A stretch of 64,000 nt of DNA from Candidatus Harrisonbacteria bacterium (GCA_023245035.1 JAHFLD010000002.1:67297-131296), one strand, 5' to 3'. Positions 37,501-47,661 are shown, counted from the stretch's first letter. Notes: generated from the letters alone by a model not told the origin. Program-made: numbers and translations.

Positions 37501-37989
37501 ATGTACAAACAGCCAATTATCAAAGACGAGTTTAAGGAAAAAGTTTTAGACTTGCGACGGGTTACCCGGGTGACTGCCGGAGGCAAGCGCTTTCGTTTTC
37601 GCGCGACCGTGGTGGTCGGCGATGAGCGCGGACGGGTTGGCGTCGGGGTAGCCAAGGGATTAGACGTGGCGCAGTCAATTGCCAAGGCTCGGCTTGATGG
37701 CAAGAAAAATTTAATTATGGTGCCTTCGGTCGGCGGTACGATTCCTCATGACGTGGAGGCAAAATATAGCGCCGCGCGGGTGCGTTTGCGTCCGGCGAAA
37801 CCAGGGCATGGACTCGTGGCTGGCGGATCGGTTCGGGCGGTGCTGGCTTTGGCGGGAATTCGCAATATCACTTCTAAATGTCTCGGCCGAACTCCTAATA
37901 AGCTGACCAACGCCAAGGCGACCATCGAAGCTTTGAAATTACTAAAGCCAGTTCGCAAGCCGATCTCTCCCAGTCTTCCCAGGAAGTAA
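37501..37989 (+). CDS. rpsE: 30S ribosomal protein S5
   Basis: S5 dsRBD plus C-terminal domain (VTRVTAGGKRFRFRATVVVGD). Confidence 0.95.
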   Translation: MYKQPIIKDEFKEKVLDLRRVTRVTAGGKRFRFRATVVVGDERGRVGVGVAKGLDVAQSIAKARLDGKKNLIMVPSVGGTIPHDVEAKYSAARVRLRPAKPGHGLVAGGSVRAVLALAGIRNITSKCLGRTPNKLTNAKATIEALKLLKPVRKPISPSLPRK

Positions 37990-37994
37990 TTTTA

Positions 37995-38429
37995 TTGACT
38001 ATGCAGTTACACAACATTTCATCCAAAAATAGAAAATATCCGGCTCCGCGAGTCGGCCATGGAGGCAAGCGCGGAACTTATTCCGGTCGGGGACAGAAGG
38101 GTCAACGTTCCCGGAGCGGACACAAGATTCGTCCGGCCGAGCGTGATTTGATTCAACGCTTGCCAAAGTTGCGCGGTTTTAGAAATAAGCCGCTTGGCGA
38201 CCCTCTTTGCCTGGTAAACCTTGATGAGCTTGAGGTTATCATGAAGGGACGCGGAGAAATAGCTACGCCGGAAATTGTGCGCCGAGCCAAGGGCTTTGCC
38301 GCTAAGTCCGGAGTTAAGGTGAAAATTCTGGCCACAGGAGCGCTCCACGCGCCGATTGTAGTTCGTGGTTTTGAAGTTTCCGCTTCCGCCGCTAAAAAAA
38401 TCGTGGCTGCCGGTGGAAAAGTCGCCTAG
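37995..38429 (+). CDS. rplO: 50S ribosomal protein L15 (follows S5 directly; no L30 gene)
   Basis: L15 family (GHGGKRGTYSGRGQKGQRSRSG). Confidence 0.93.
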   Translation: MTMQLHNISSKNRKYPAPRVGHGGKRGTYSGRGQKGQRSRSGHKIRPAERDLIQRLPKLRGFRNKPLGDPLCLVNLDELEVIMKGRGEIATPEIVRRAKGFAAKSGVKVKILATGALHAPIVVRGFEVSASAAKKIVAAGGKVA

Positions 38430-38440
38430 TCTATAAACAT

Positions 38441-39709
38441 ATGTCGCGCTTTTTGCAGATTTTTAAGATTCCCGATCTGCGCAATAAGGTTTTTATTGTG
38501 CTCTCGCTTTTGATTGTCTTTCGTTTGTTGTCGGCGATTCCAATTCCGGGAATTGATCCAATTCGGCTGAAGAACTTTTTTGAATCCAGCCAGCTTTTTG
38601 GCTTGTTCAGCGTTTTTTCCGGCGGTTCTTTGAGCAATCTTTCGGTGGTGATGCTGGGTGTCGGTCCCTACATTACGGCGACCATCATCATGCAGCTGTT
38701 GACGATGATTTTTCCGGCGCTTAAGGTTTTGTATCACGAGGAGGGAAGTTTGGGACGAGCCAAATTCAATCGATATTCCCGTTATTTGACGGTGCCGCTC
38801 GCGGCTCTTTCGGGTTATGGCTTTTTGAACTTGCTGATTAATCAAGGGGCACTTCCGGAATTGGCCTTGTTGCCCATGCTCCGAAACGTGATTTTGATTA
38901 CTGCCGGGTCAATGGTTTTGATGTGGATCGGCGAGCTGATTACCGAGCAGAAGCTTGGCAATGGAACTTCGCTGATTATTTTTGCCGGTATTGTAAGCCG
39001 GTTGCCGACCATCGTGCGGACGGCCGTTTTTTCTTATGATCCGGCGACCTTGCCGACCTATATCGCCTTTGTGCTGTTAAGCGTGGTCATTATCGGCGGG
39101 GTGGTTTTTGTGAATCAAGGCGAGCGCAAGGTGCCGATTTCTTACTCCAAACGAATTCGGGGTAACCGGGTTTATGGCGGAGCCGTGAGCTACTTGCCGC
39201 TTCGCGTCAATCAGGCCGGTGTCATTCCAATTATTTTTGCGATTTCCATCTTGTTGTTTCCGCAATTTTTTGCGCAAATAATCTCCATCTTCTCAACTTC
39301 GGTTTCGTTGAAGCTAACTGAACTAGTGACGCGCTTTTTGAGCCATCAAATTATTTACGCGATTATTTATTTCGCTTTAGTCGTAATTTTTACCTACTTT
39401 TATACTGCGGTCACTTTTGATTCCAAAGAAATTTCCAAAAATCTGCAACGAAGCGGGGGCTTTATTCCCGGTATTCGTCCCGGAGAGTCCACGGGAGACT
39501 TCTTGGCGGGAATTACCCGGAGTATTACCTTGTTTGGCGCCTTGTTTTTGGGTGTTGTAGCCGTATTGCCAAACATTACTCAAATCGTTACCGGTATTCC
39601 GTCGCTGACCATTGGAGGTACCGCGCTTTTAATTGTGGTTTCGGTGGCGCTTGAAGTTATGAAACAAGTTGATTCGCAGTTGACGGTTCGTGAATACGAA
39701 GGGGCTTAA
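38441..39709 (+). CDS. secY: preprotein translocase subunit SecY
   Basis: 10-TM SecY with conserved plug and hinge regions. Confidence 0.97.
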   Translation: MSRFLQIFKIPDLRNKVFIVLSLLIVFRLLSAIPIPGIDPIRLKNFFESSQLFGLFSVFSGGSLSNLSVVMLGVGPYITATIIMQLLTMIFPALKVLYHEEGSLGRAKFNRYSRYLTVPLAALSGYGFLNLLINQGALPELALLPMLRNVILITAGSMVLMWIGELITEQKLGNGTSLIIFAGIVSRLPTIVRTAVFSYDPATLPTYIAFVLLSVVIIGGVVFVNQGERKVPISYSKRIRGNRVYGGAVSYLPLRVNQAGVIPIIFAISILLFPQFFAQIISIFSTSVSLKLTELVTRFLSHQIIYAIIYFALVVIFTYFYTAVTFDSKEISKNLQRSGGFIPGIRPGESTGDFLAGITRSITLFGALFLGVVAVLPNITQIVTGIPSLTIGGTALLIVVSVALEVMKQVDSQLTVREYEGA

Positions 39710-39719
39710 ATAAACTTTT

Positions 39720-39900
39720 TTTAGGCAACACGCTCCCGCGAATATATCTTAAGTCGCTCCTAACGAAACTTTACCGCCCTGCTTCTTCGCCCGCGGGCAC
39801 CCGGTTAAAGTTTCTATTCACTCCTAAAGATATCACTTCGCCTCCGCTGAAGTTGCCTGAAAAAGTTTATTCTCGCTGTTGGTGGGGTGGTTGGCGACTT
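39720..39900. repeat. intergenic repeat cluster (family D-related) between secY and the inserted ORF
   Basis: CTCGCTGTTGGTGGGGTGG and CGCCTCCGCTGAAGTTGCCTG segments resemble 50590-50726 and family C/D motifs. Confidence 0.45.
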
Positions 39901-39939
39901 GACTTTTGGTGGCTTTAAGTTGTATAGTCTAAAAGTTCT

Positions 39940-40752
39940 TTGAAAATAGGCATTTTAGCTCTAAAACGCGTGGTTTTGGAGGTGCCTGGAAGTGGTCGCC
40001 TGGGATCCGCGAAAACAGGATCCGGAAAGGCAAGTAGCATGGCTGCGAATACCGGCGATGCTCGAGTGGTTCTTTGGGAGCGCCTCATGGCGCTTTTCTC
40101 AAGTGCGATTGAACTTACGCGAAGCGGAAGGCGTTCGCTTGAAGAGTTTGTGGACTTGCTTGAGCTAGTGAATCACAAGCCAAACTTCATGGAGCAGGCG
40201 ATTGCGCCGATGATGCAGAATTGCTTGCTTCAGGAATGGAAGCGGTTCTACTCTGATCATGAAATTGAACTTGATACCGAGAACATCAAGATCCCGGAGA
40301 GACCGAGCAAGGCATGGGATCTGATCGTAGTGCCTGGTGGTAGATCGGTAAACGGCTTGCTCAAAATTGCTCGTGTTAATCCTGAGCAAGTGAACAAGGA
40401 TTGCGGTCGACAGGATTCATTTGAGAAGCTTTCAGCTGATCCCTATGCTCTCTGGGTTTTGAAGTCTCCATTTCCGGATCAAACAAATACTCGTCCGGAG
40501 CATGTATCGTCTGGCTTCTCCGCCAGAGAGAATGAAGGAGATCGAGCGCTCAATCTTCAGGAATATCTGCTTTACAGTGCCTTCGTGTTTTGGCAGACAC
40601 AGGATCCGCTTGATGTTACCTCTCTCACTCTGGCTGTCTGTGGGGACGCGACTTACGAAGCCTATTGGAGCGGCTATGGAGTCGAAATCAAACCCTTCCG
40701 TGGCAGTATGTTTGGCCCAAGGTTTATTGGTTCGCGTCTTGCGAGCGGCTAG
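39940..40752 (+). CDS. hypothetical protein inserted between secY and adk
   Basis: 270-aa ORF (start uncertain), own terminator at 40766-40798, flanked by repeat copies; no recognizable domain. Confidence 0.45.
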   Translation: MKIGILALKRVVLEVPGSGRLGSAKTGSGKASSMAANTGDARVVLWERLMALFSSAIELTRSGRRSLEEFVDLLELVNHKPNFMEQAIAPMMQNCLLQEWKRFYSDHEIELDTENIKIPERPSKAWDLIVVPGGRSVNGLLKIARVNPEQVNKDCGRQDSFEKLSADPYALWVLKSPFPDQTNTRPEHVSSGFSARENEGDRALNLQEYLLYSAFVFWQTQDPLDVTSLTLAVCGDATYEAYWSGYGVEIKPFRGSMFGPRFIGSRLASG

Positions 40753-40765
40753 CTGGAGAGTCTCT

Positions 40766-40798
40766 TCGCCCCGATTAATTTCGGGGCGATTTTTTTTA
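40766..40798 (+). terminator. rho-independent terminator (TCGCCCCGA-TTAATT-TCGGGGCGA plus T8)
   Basis: Perfect 9-bp stem plus TTTTTTTT. Confidence 0.7.
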
Positions 40799-40809
40799 TA
40801 GTCAACGAG

Positions 40810-40858
40810 CTCGCCTCCGCTCGACCTGCTTGCCGGCAGGCAGGGCTACGGACGAATG
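40810..40858. repeat. family C repeat copy C3
   Basis: CTCGCCTCCGCTCGACCTGCTTGCCGGCAGGCAGGGCTACGGACG, near-identical to 9013-9060. Confidence 0.7.
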
Positions 40859-40898
40859 AATGCAAGAGCGATAAATCTTGATGTGCTACAATTTGGTT

Positions 40899-41585
40899 AT
40901 GCATAAAATCGCGGTTGTAATCTATGGACCGCCGGGATCGGGCAAGGGAACGCAAGCTAATCTGCTGGCCCTATCTCATGGCCTGATTCATTTTGACTCG
41001 GGACGTTTTATTGAGTTTTTGCTTAAAGATCCGCGCAACGCAGGTGATCCGGTGATTGATCGACAGCGGGCCTTGTTTGAAAAAGGCGAGCTTTGCGAAA
41101 CTGAATGGGTGATGGATGTTATCGGCCGGCAGACAAAAAAAATCGTCGCGGCAGATTTTGGCATTGTTCTTTCCGGATCGCCGCGAACTTTTTTTGAGGC
41201 TTTTGGCGACGACAAAACCAAAGGTATTTTGCCCTTGCTCCAAGAGGCTTATGGAAAGGAGGATGTTCACGTGGTTTTTTTGCGCGTCGAGGATAAAGTT
41301 TCTATCGAGCGCAATAGCCATCGTAAATTATGCACGACTTGCGGCACGCAGTTGATAAATAATCCGGAGCTCGTTAATCCCTTTTGCCCGTTTTGCGGCG
41401 GTTCGCTTTATACCCGCGTTTTTGACAATGAGGCAAAAATTGTGATAAGACTTGAGGAGTTTCGCAAGAAGACTTTGCCGATTTTAGAGGAGTTGCCGAG
41501 GCGGGGCATTAAACTTGCCGAAGTTAACGGTGAACTTCTGCCGTATTTGGTGCATCGAGAAATAGTCGAGAAGAGTTCGGTTTGA
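40899..41585 (+). CDS. adk: adenylate kinase with zinc-binding LID
   Basis: P-loop GPPGSGKGTQA; LID CTTCG...CPFCG. Confidence 0.93.
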   Translation: MHKIAVVIYGPPGSGKGTQANLLALSHGLIHFDSGRFIEFLLKDPRNAGDPVIDRQRALFEKGELCETEWVMDVIGRQTKKIVAADFGIVLSGSPRTFFEAFGDDKTKGILPLLQEAYGKEDVHVVFLRVEDKVSIERNSHRKLCTTCGTQLINNPELVNPFCPFCGGSLYTRVFDNEAKIVIRLEEFRKKTLPILEELPRRGIKLAEVNGELLPYLVHREIVEKSSV

Positions 41586-41648
41586 AGGAGTAGAGGATCT
41601 AGGGAGAGGCGGTGGATAAGGGGATGGATCTTGGTTATTTATTTTTTT

Positions 41649-42410
41649 ATGGGAATTATCAAAAAGCCAAAGGAGATAGAGCAGATGAAAAGCGCCGGAA
41701 GGATTCTAGGCGGTGTTTTGGCGCGTTTAGCCGATGAATCGAAGGAGGGGGTTTCTCTGTTGGAGTTGGACGCGCTCGCGCAGAAATTAATTACGGAAAA
41801 TGGAGGGGAATCATCTTTTTTGGGTTATCGGCCGGAGGGCGCGGCGAAACCTTATCCTAAAACATTGTGCGCTTCACTTAATAATGTGATTGTGCACGGC
41901 GTGCCAACTTCGCGCCGACTTAAAAGCGGAGATTTATTGAAGCTGGATTTGGGAGTGAAGTTTAATGGTTATCATGCCGACGCGGCTCTTACGGTGGCGA
42001 TTGGCTCGGTGGCGAGCGAGGCGCGAAGATTATTAGAGATTACCAAAAAAGCCTTGATGGCGGCGATTTTGGCAGCTAAGCCCGGCGCTCGGCTTGGGGA
42101 CATAGGCGCCGCAGTGGAGGCGGTGGCGAAGGAGGCCGGATTTAGGGTGACACAAGGTCTGACCGGGCACGGAATCGGTCGGCGCTTGCATGAGTCGCCA
42201 AGCGTTCCAAATGAAGGAGTTTCAGGAACGGGAATGGTACTGCGCCCGGGTATGGTTTTGGCCTTAGAGCCGATGTTGAATCTGGGTAGCGCTGAAATCC
42301 GGCAATTGGCCGATGAAAGCTATGGCACGTCGGATGGCAACTTGTCGGCCCATTTTGAGCATACAATTTTGATCACGAAGGGCGAGGCGGAAGTTTTGAC
42401 CGATTATTAA
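41649..42410 (+). CDS. map: methionine aminopeptidase type I
   Basis: Pita-bread fold metal ligands (VHGVP..D...D...H...E...E pattern); start at internal Met. Confidence 0.9.
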   Translation: MGIIKKPKEIEQMKSAGRILGGVLARLADESKEGVSLLELDALAQKLITENGGESSFLGYRPEGAAKPYPKTLCASLNNVIVHGVPTSRRLKSGDLLKLDLGVKFNGYHADAALTVAIGSVASEARRLLEITKKALMAAILAAKPGARLGDIGAAVEAVAKEAGFRVTQGLTGHGIGRRLHESPSVPNEGVSGTGMVLRPGMVLALEPMLNLGSAEIRQLADESYGTSDGNLSAHFEHTILITKGEAEVLTDY

Positions 42411-42460
42411 TTCGGTTTTGTCGGCTTGAAATTAAGAGCGTGGAGCATTAGGATCAATGA

Positions 42461-43372
42461 ATGGTTCGGCCACTTTTTAGTTTTATTGTTTTTACGAGAG
42501 ACGCGGAGCTGGCCTTACCGATAACTTTGGCCAATCTTGATCAGTTTTTGGCGATGGCGGATTTTGACTATGAAATTCTCCTGATTGATGACGGTTCACG
42601 AGACGCATCGGCAAAAATAGTCAGGGCTTTTGCTTCTTGGCTTCATCGCGCGCGAGTGATAGCGAACGCCGACGCGCTGGGAGTCGCGAAGTCCGCTTAT
42701 TTGGTTTCGCTTACGGCACGCGGAGCAGTTAGGATTTTTTTGGACGGCAGGCTTGGCGCGGCTTTAACTAAAGATTTTTTTGCGCGTATTGTCGCTTATG
42801 GGCGACGGTCTCACGCCCCGTTTTTTACCTTTACCCTGGTTTCGAATTTTAGTTTGGTTTCCTGGTTTTATTATCTTTATGAGTTTTTGGTTGGATTTTG
42901 GGGCAGGTTATGGCTCAAAACCTCGCCGGGGTTTTTCCCGACAACCGTTTGGGGATTAGATTCCACTTTTGACCCAGAGATTTTTCGAAAGATTCGCAGC
43001 GGTGATTCGCTGGCTTGGTTGGAGGCGGAACTAATCTTTGCCCAACTTGGTTTTCCCCGCAATCACGTTATGGTGCCGGCGGGAGTCTTTCCGAATTTTG
43101 AAATGTCTTTTGCTGAAAGTTTGCATATTTTTTCCGGAATAGCTAAAATGCGGTGGTGGCTTAATGATTCAACTTCGCCGGTTTTGGCTCACGTGAAGGC
43201 CGAAGCCAATTCCGCTGATCCGCTGGCGAAGGTTTTACCGATGGCGAGCACTCACTCTTATAGGATTCCCTCCGTTTCTCACGTGAGGACTCCGGCGGCG
43301 CTATCTTCAATTCCCGTAAAGAGTGGCGTATCTCGCTTAAAAAGCCGAAAGAACAAAAAAACAATTTCCTAG
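42461..43372 (+). CDS. glycosyltransferase family 2-like protein (N-terminal DDGSRD motif) with hydrophobic C-terminal half
   Basis: FSFIVFTRDAE...YEILLIDDGSRDAS resembles the GT2 N-terminus; the remainder is uncharacterized. Confidence 0.4.
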   Translation: MVRPLFSFIVFTRDAELALPITLANLDQFLAMADFDYEILLIDDGSRDASAKIVRAFASWLHRARVIANADALGVAKSAYLVSLTARGAVRIFLDGRLGAALTKDFFARIVAYGRRSHAPFFTFTLVSNFSLVSWFYYLYEFLVGFWGRLWLKTSPGFFPTTVWGLDSTFDPEIFRKIRSGDSLAWLEAELIFAQLGFPRNHVMVPAGVFPNFEMSFAESLHIFSGIAKMRWWLNDSTSPVLAHVKAEANSADPLAKVLPMASTHSYRIPSVSHVRTPAALSSIPVKSGVSRLKSRKNKKTIS

Positions 43373-43387
43373 TTTTATTTTTTTATT

Positions 43388-43843
43388 ATGGATTACTATT
43401 TAACTGAAACTCGCCTTGGAGAGCTAAAGGTGGAACTGGAGGACCTTAAAACGAATAAGCGGATTGAAGTGGCAAAGCGATTGAAGCGCGCCAAGGAGCT
43501 GGGCGATCTTTCGGAGAATTCGGAATATCAGGAGGCCCGGAACGAGCAAATGCAGGTGGAGTCGCGAATTTTCGAACTTGAGCAGATGATTAAGAATGCC
43601 AAGATGATTGAGAAGGGAGGAAGCGCCGGAGTTGTCAGAATCGGTTCAACGGTCAAAGTGGAGAAGGGCGGAATAGTAACAGCTTTCACTATTATAGGTT
43701 CTAACGAAACTAGACCGGAGGCCGGCCTTATTTCCAACGAGTCGCCATTGGGATCGGCGTTAATCGGGCATAGTGTCGGTGATATCTGCCAGGTTCAAAC
43801 GCCCGGAGGCAAGGCGGCTTATAAAATTGTCGCTATAGAATAG
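43388..43843 (+). CDS. greA: transcription elongation factor GreA
   Basis: N-terminal coiled coil with acidic tip (DLSENSEYQEA) plus C-terminal FKBP-like domain. Confidence 0.92.
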   Translation: MDYYLTETRLGELKVELEDLKTNKRIEVAKRLKRAKELGDLSENSEYQEARNEQMQVESRIFELEQMIKNAKMIEKGGSAGVVRIGSTVKVEKGGIVTAFTIIGSNETRPEAGLISNESPLGSALIGHSVGDICQVQTPGGKAAYKIVAIE

Positions 43844-43852
43844 TAATTTTTT

Positions 43853-45325
43853 ATGCGAGACGATTTGATAGCGGAAAGAATGCGAAAGTTGGCGGCTTTG
43901 CGCGCCGCTGGCGTTGATCCTTATCCGGCCCAGATTAAGCGCTCACATACGATTAGCGAGCTTTTGGATAAGTTTAAATCGCTGGAGCAGGACAAAAAAG
44001 AAGTCGCGGTTGTCGGGCGGGTGATGGGTTTACGGAATCAAGGCGGTTTGCTGTTTGCTGATTTGCGCGATGAAACCGGACAGGTTCAGATTGTGGCCAA
44101 GCGCAACGAGGTGGCGGATTTTGAGTTGCTTCGAGATACGCTTGATTTGTCCGATTTTTTGGAAGTTCGCGGAGTTCCGTTTACGACTCAACGAGGCGAA
44201 CAAAGCGTTGGCGCCTTGTCGGCCAGAATCGTGGTGAAAAGTTTGCGAACTTTGCCGAGCTCTTGGTACGGACTTCAGGATGTGGAGACTCGCTTGCGCC
44301 AGCGCTATCTTGATTTTTTACTGAATCCCGACTTGAAGGATTTGTTCGCAAAAAAGTTCAAGTTTTGGGCCGAGTTTCGCGCTTTTTTAACCAAGGCCGG
44401 TTTTCAAGAAGTGGAAATGCCGGTTTTGGAGCCGATTCCCGGCGGTGCCGAGGCGGAGCCGTTTTTGACTCACCACAAGGCTTTGGATTGGGATTTCTAT
44501 TTGCGGATTTCGTTGGAATTGCCGCTCAAAAAGCTTTTGGTGGCCGGCTTTGAAAAGGTTTTTGAAATAGGCCGGATTTTTCGCAACGAAGGGATAGATG
44601 CCGAACACCTGCAGGATTACACTCAATTGGAGTTTTATTGGGCTTACGCCGATTATAATGATCTAATGAAGTTTGTGGAGAAGATGTATTCGTCGGCCAT
44701 CAAAAATGTTTTTGGAACTTTGACTTTGCCGTGGAATCGGAAAAAAATTGATTGGACGCCGCCGTGGCCGAAGGTCCAATATTATGATTTATTTAAGAAG
44801 TTTACCGGCTTGGACTTGAAAACTGTGACGCGCGACGAACTTTACATGAAAGCGCTTAAGGAGAATTTGAAGCCGGAGCTGGAACTTGGACGGGGACGCT
44901 TGATAGATTTGCTTTTTAAAAAGATGGTCAGACCAACGTTGGTTCAACCGGTTTTCTTGGTTAACCCGCCGGTGGATATTGAGCCGTTAGCCAAGCGACT
45001 TTCGGGAAATCCCGATAAGGTGGCGCGGTTTCAGGTGGTGGCCTGCCAGACCGAACTTGGAAAGGGTTTTTCCGAATTAAACGATCCCCAGGATCAAAGA
45101 GATCGCTTTACCGAGCAGATGGATTTGCGCGCCAAGGGAGACAAGGAGGCTCAAATGCTGGATGAGGATTTTTTGGTGGCTCTGGAGCACGGCATGCCGC
45201 CGGCTGCCGGTTTTGGCGTTTCGGAGCGCTTGTTTTCGGTCTTGGCCGGCAAACCGATTCGAGAGCTGGTCTTTTTTCCGCCAATGCGTCCTAGGGATAC
45301 AAACGAGAGCGGTGATCGTGAATAA
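43853..45325 (+). CDS. lysS: lysyl-tRNA synthetase (class II)
   Basis: OB anticodon-binding domain plus class II motifs (FRNEGID, GGAEAEPF). Confidence 0.95.
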   Translation: MRDDLIAERMRKLAALRAAGVDPYPAQIKRSHTISELLDKFKSLEQDKKEVAVVGRVMGLRNQGGLLFADLRDETGQVQIVAKRNEVADFELLRDTLDLSDFLEVRGVPFTTQRGEQSVGALSARIVVKSLRTLPSSWYGLQDVETRLRQRYLDFLLNPDLKDLFAKKFKFWAEFRAFLTKAGFQEVEMPVLEPIPGGAEAEPFLTHHKALDWDFYLRISLELPLKKLLVAGFEKVFEIGRIFRNEGIDAEHLQDYTQLEFYWAYADYNDLMKFVEKMYSSAIKNVFGTLTLPWNRKKIDWTPPWPKVQYYDLFKKFTGLDLKTVTRDELYMKALKENLKPELELGRGRLIDLLFKKMVRPTLVQPVFLVNPPVDIEPLAKRLSGNPDKVARFQVVACQTELGKGFSELNDPQDQRDRFTEQMDLRAKGDKEAQMLDEDFLVALEHGMPPAAGFGVSERLFSVLAGKPIRELVFFPPMRPRDTNESGDRE

Positions 45326-45331
45326 TCTACT

Positions 45332-46594
45332 ATGCTTGACGCAAAATTACTTCGGGAAAATCCAGATGAGGCCCGCGCGGCTTTAGCGCGGCGTGGCCGA
45401 AATCCAAAAGAAATTGATTCTTTTTTGGAAGTGGATGGCCGTTGGCGGGCGCTTAGTCAGCGTTTTGACGAGGCCAGACGAGAACTCAAAGAATTGAGTT
45501 TGGCGAGGGCTATAGAGAAGGCCAAGGTTTTAAAGGTTTCTCTTAAATCCATTGAAGAGGAGTTGAGCTTGGTTACTACCGAGCGTGATAATTTGCTGTC
45601 GCAACTGCCAAACATGCCTTTTGCCGAGGTACCAAGCGGCAAGGATGATTCCGAAAATCCGGTGCTTCGCACCGTGGGCACACCGGGCGAGCTAAAAGTT
45701 GACTATCTGACCTTGGCGCGAAATTTGGACTTATTGGACGTGGAGCGTTCGGCTACGGTTTCGGGCAGTCGATTTAGTTACTTAAAAAACGAGTTGGTTT
45801 TGTTGGAGTTCGGTCTGATTCGTTTCGCTCTTGATCTGCTTTTGCCCCACGGATTTACTCCGATTATTCCACCACAAATGATTCGCCCCGAAGTCTATCG
45901 AGGAATGGGGCGTTTGTCCGGCGGACAGGAGGAGGAGCGCTATTTTTTGGCGAAGGATGACTTGTATTTAATCGGCAGTGCCGAGCATACCATGGGGCCA
46001 TATCACGCCGGAGATGTTTTTTTGGCCAAGGATTTGCCGCGGCGCTATGTTGGTTTCTCCACCTGCTTCCGTCGGGAGGCTGGCTCTTACGGCAAGGACA
46101 CCAAGGGTATTTTGCGGGTGCATCAATTTGATAAGGTGGAGATGTTTTCTTTCGCTCATCCGGAAAAGTCCGGCGAGGAGCACCAGTTTTTATTGGCGCG
46201 CCAGGAGGAGTTGCATCAAAAACTCGGCTTGCCTTATCGGATTGTGGAAATTTGCACCGGCGATCTTGGATTTACCGATGCCAAGGCATATGACACCGAG
46301 GTTTGGTTGCCGAGCGAGGGTCGTTATCGCGAAACCGGATCATGTTCCAATACGACCGATTTTCAGGCGAGAGGCATTGATGTTAGGTATCGGGATGAGG
46401 CCCAGGGACCGATTAAAGGTTTTGCTCATCTACTCAATGCTACCGGACTCGCGATTGGCCGAACGCTCATAATGATTATGGAAAATTACCAGACCGAGAC
46501 TGGTACTATTTTAGTTCCCGAAGTTTTAATTCCCTATGTCGGTTTTAAAGAAATTACCACCACCAAATTTAAAGGTTTGGGTGGAGATCGATAA
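45332..46594 (+). CDS. serS: seryl-tRNA synthetase
   Basis: N-terminal coiled coil plus class II core (FRREAGSYGKDTKGILRVHQF). Confidence 0.95.
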   Translation: MLDAKLLRENPDEARAALARRGRNPKEIDSFLEVDGRWRALSQRFDEARRELKELSLARAIEKAKVLKVSLKSIEEELSLVTTERDNLLSQLPNMPFAEVPSGKDDSENPVLRTVGTPGELKVDYLTLARNLDLLDVERSATVSGSRFSYLKNELVLLEFGLIRFALDLLLPHGFTPIIPPQMIRPEVYRGMGRLSGGQEEERYFLAKDDLYLIGSAEHTMGPYHAGDVFLAKDLPRRYVGFSTCFRREAGSYGKDTKGILRVHQFDKVEMFSFAHPEKSGEEHQFLLARQEELHQKLGLPYRIVEICTGDLGFTDAKAYDTEVWLPSEGRYRETGSCSNTTDFQARGIDVRYRDEAQGPIKGFAHLLNATGLAIGRTLIMIMENYQTETGTILVPEVLIPYVGFKEITTTKFKGLGGDR

Positions 46595-47651
46595 GACGGC
46601 TTTACTGGCCAATCTTGAACTTTTTCGTTCGGTGGTGAATCCAAAAGTTGAAGTGTGGGCGGTTGTTAAATCAAACGCTTACGGCCACGGACTTTTTGAG
46701 GTTGCCGATATTCTGAAAAATTTGGTGAATGGTTTTTGCGTGGACAGCGTTGCCGAAGGGGAGGCTTTGCGAAAGCGAGGAATTAAGAGTCCAATTTTGG
46801 TCTTGGGACCGACCTTGCCGGCGCTTTTTAGCGTTGCTTATCGTAAAAAATTGACGCTGACCATTGCCGATATCGGTACCTTGCGGAAATTAAGTTCGCG
46901 GAGTCCAAACTTTCACCTAAAATTTGATACCGGTATGCGGAGGCAAGGTTTTTTGCCGTCCGAGCTGTCCCGAGTTTTAAATTTCTTGCGAGGTAAAAAT
47001 TTGCCATTACGCGGTATCTACAGTCATTTTGCCGGCGATGAGGTTGGTGGAATTTCCAGATACCGGGAACAGTTTGCTTTGTTTGAGGCGCTAATGAAAT
47101 CTTTTTCTGCCGCCGGATATAATTCCCTTAAGCGACATATTGCCGCTACCGACGGGGTTTTGCAGAATGCTGACTTTCATTTGGATATGGTTAGAATCGG
47201 GATGGGTTTTTATGGAGGCACTAAACTTTTTCACCAAGGAAAAGTTTTTCCTGGTAGACCGGTCTTGTCTTGGCGGACCGTTGTGTCCGCGCTTAAGACG
47301 GCTCAAGCCGGCGATCGCGTTGGTTATGCTCCGAGCGAGATTCTAGCCGCTCCGTCCAAGCTTGCGATCTTGCCGATTGGTTATTGGCACGGTTTCCCGC
47401 GAGCCCTTTCCCGAATCGGGGAGGTTTTGGTGCGAGGCAGGCGAGCCAGAGTTGTTGGCTTGGTTTCTATGGATCTGCTTACTGTTGAGGTGACGAATAT
47501 TCCCGGGATTCGGGTTGGGGATATGGTTACGATAATCGGCAGTGATCTCGGATCCGTTTTGACGGCCGATGATTTGGCGCGACCCATTCAAACCGTTCCT
47601 TATGAGATACTCACACGCACCAATCCACTGATGCGACGCTTCGTGGTTTAA
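46536..47651 (+). CDS. alr: alanine racemase
   Basis: PLP lysine motif AVVKSNAYGHG. Start uncertain: ORF start at 46536 overlaps serS by 59 nt. Confidence 0.88.
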   Translation: MSVLKKLPPPNLKVWVEIDKTALLANLELFRSVVNPKVEVWAVVKSNAYGHGLFEVADILKNLVNGFCVDSVAEGEALRKRGIKSPILVLGPTLPALFSVAYRKKLTLTIADIGTLRKLSSRSPNFHLKFDTGMRRQGFLPSELSRVLNFLRGKNLPLRGIYSHFAGDEVGGISRYREQFALFEALMKSFSAAGYNSLKRHIAATDGVLQNADFHLDMVRIGMGFYGGTKLFHQGKVFPGRPVLSWRTVVSALKTAQAGDRVGYAPSEILAAPSKLAILPIGYWHGFPRALSRIGEVLVRGRRARVVGLVSMDLLTVEVTNIPGIRVGDMVTIIGSDLGSVLTADDLARPIQTVPYEILTRTNPLMRRFVV

Positions 47652-47661
47652 TTAGACTGGT

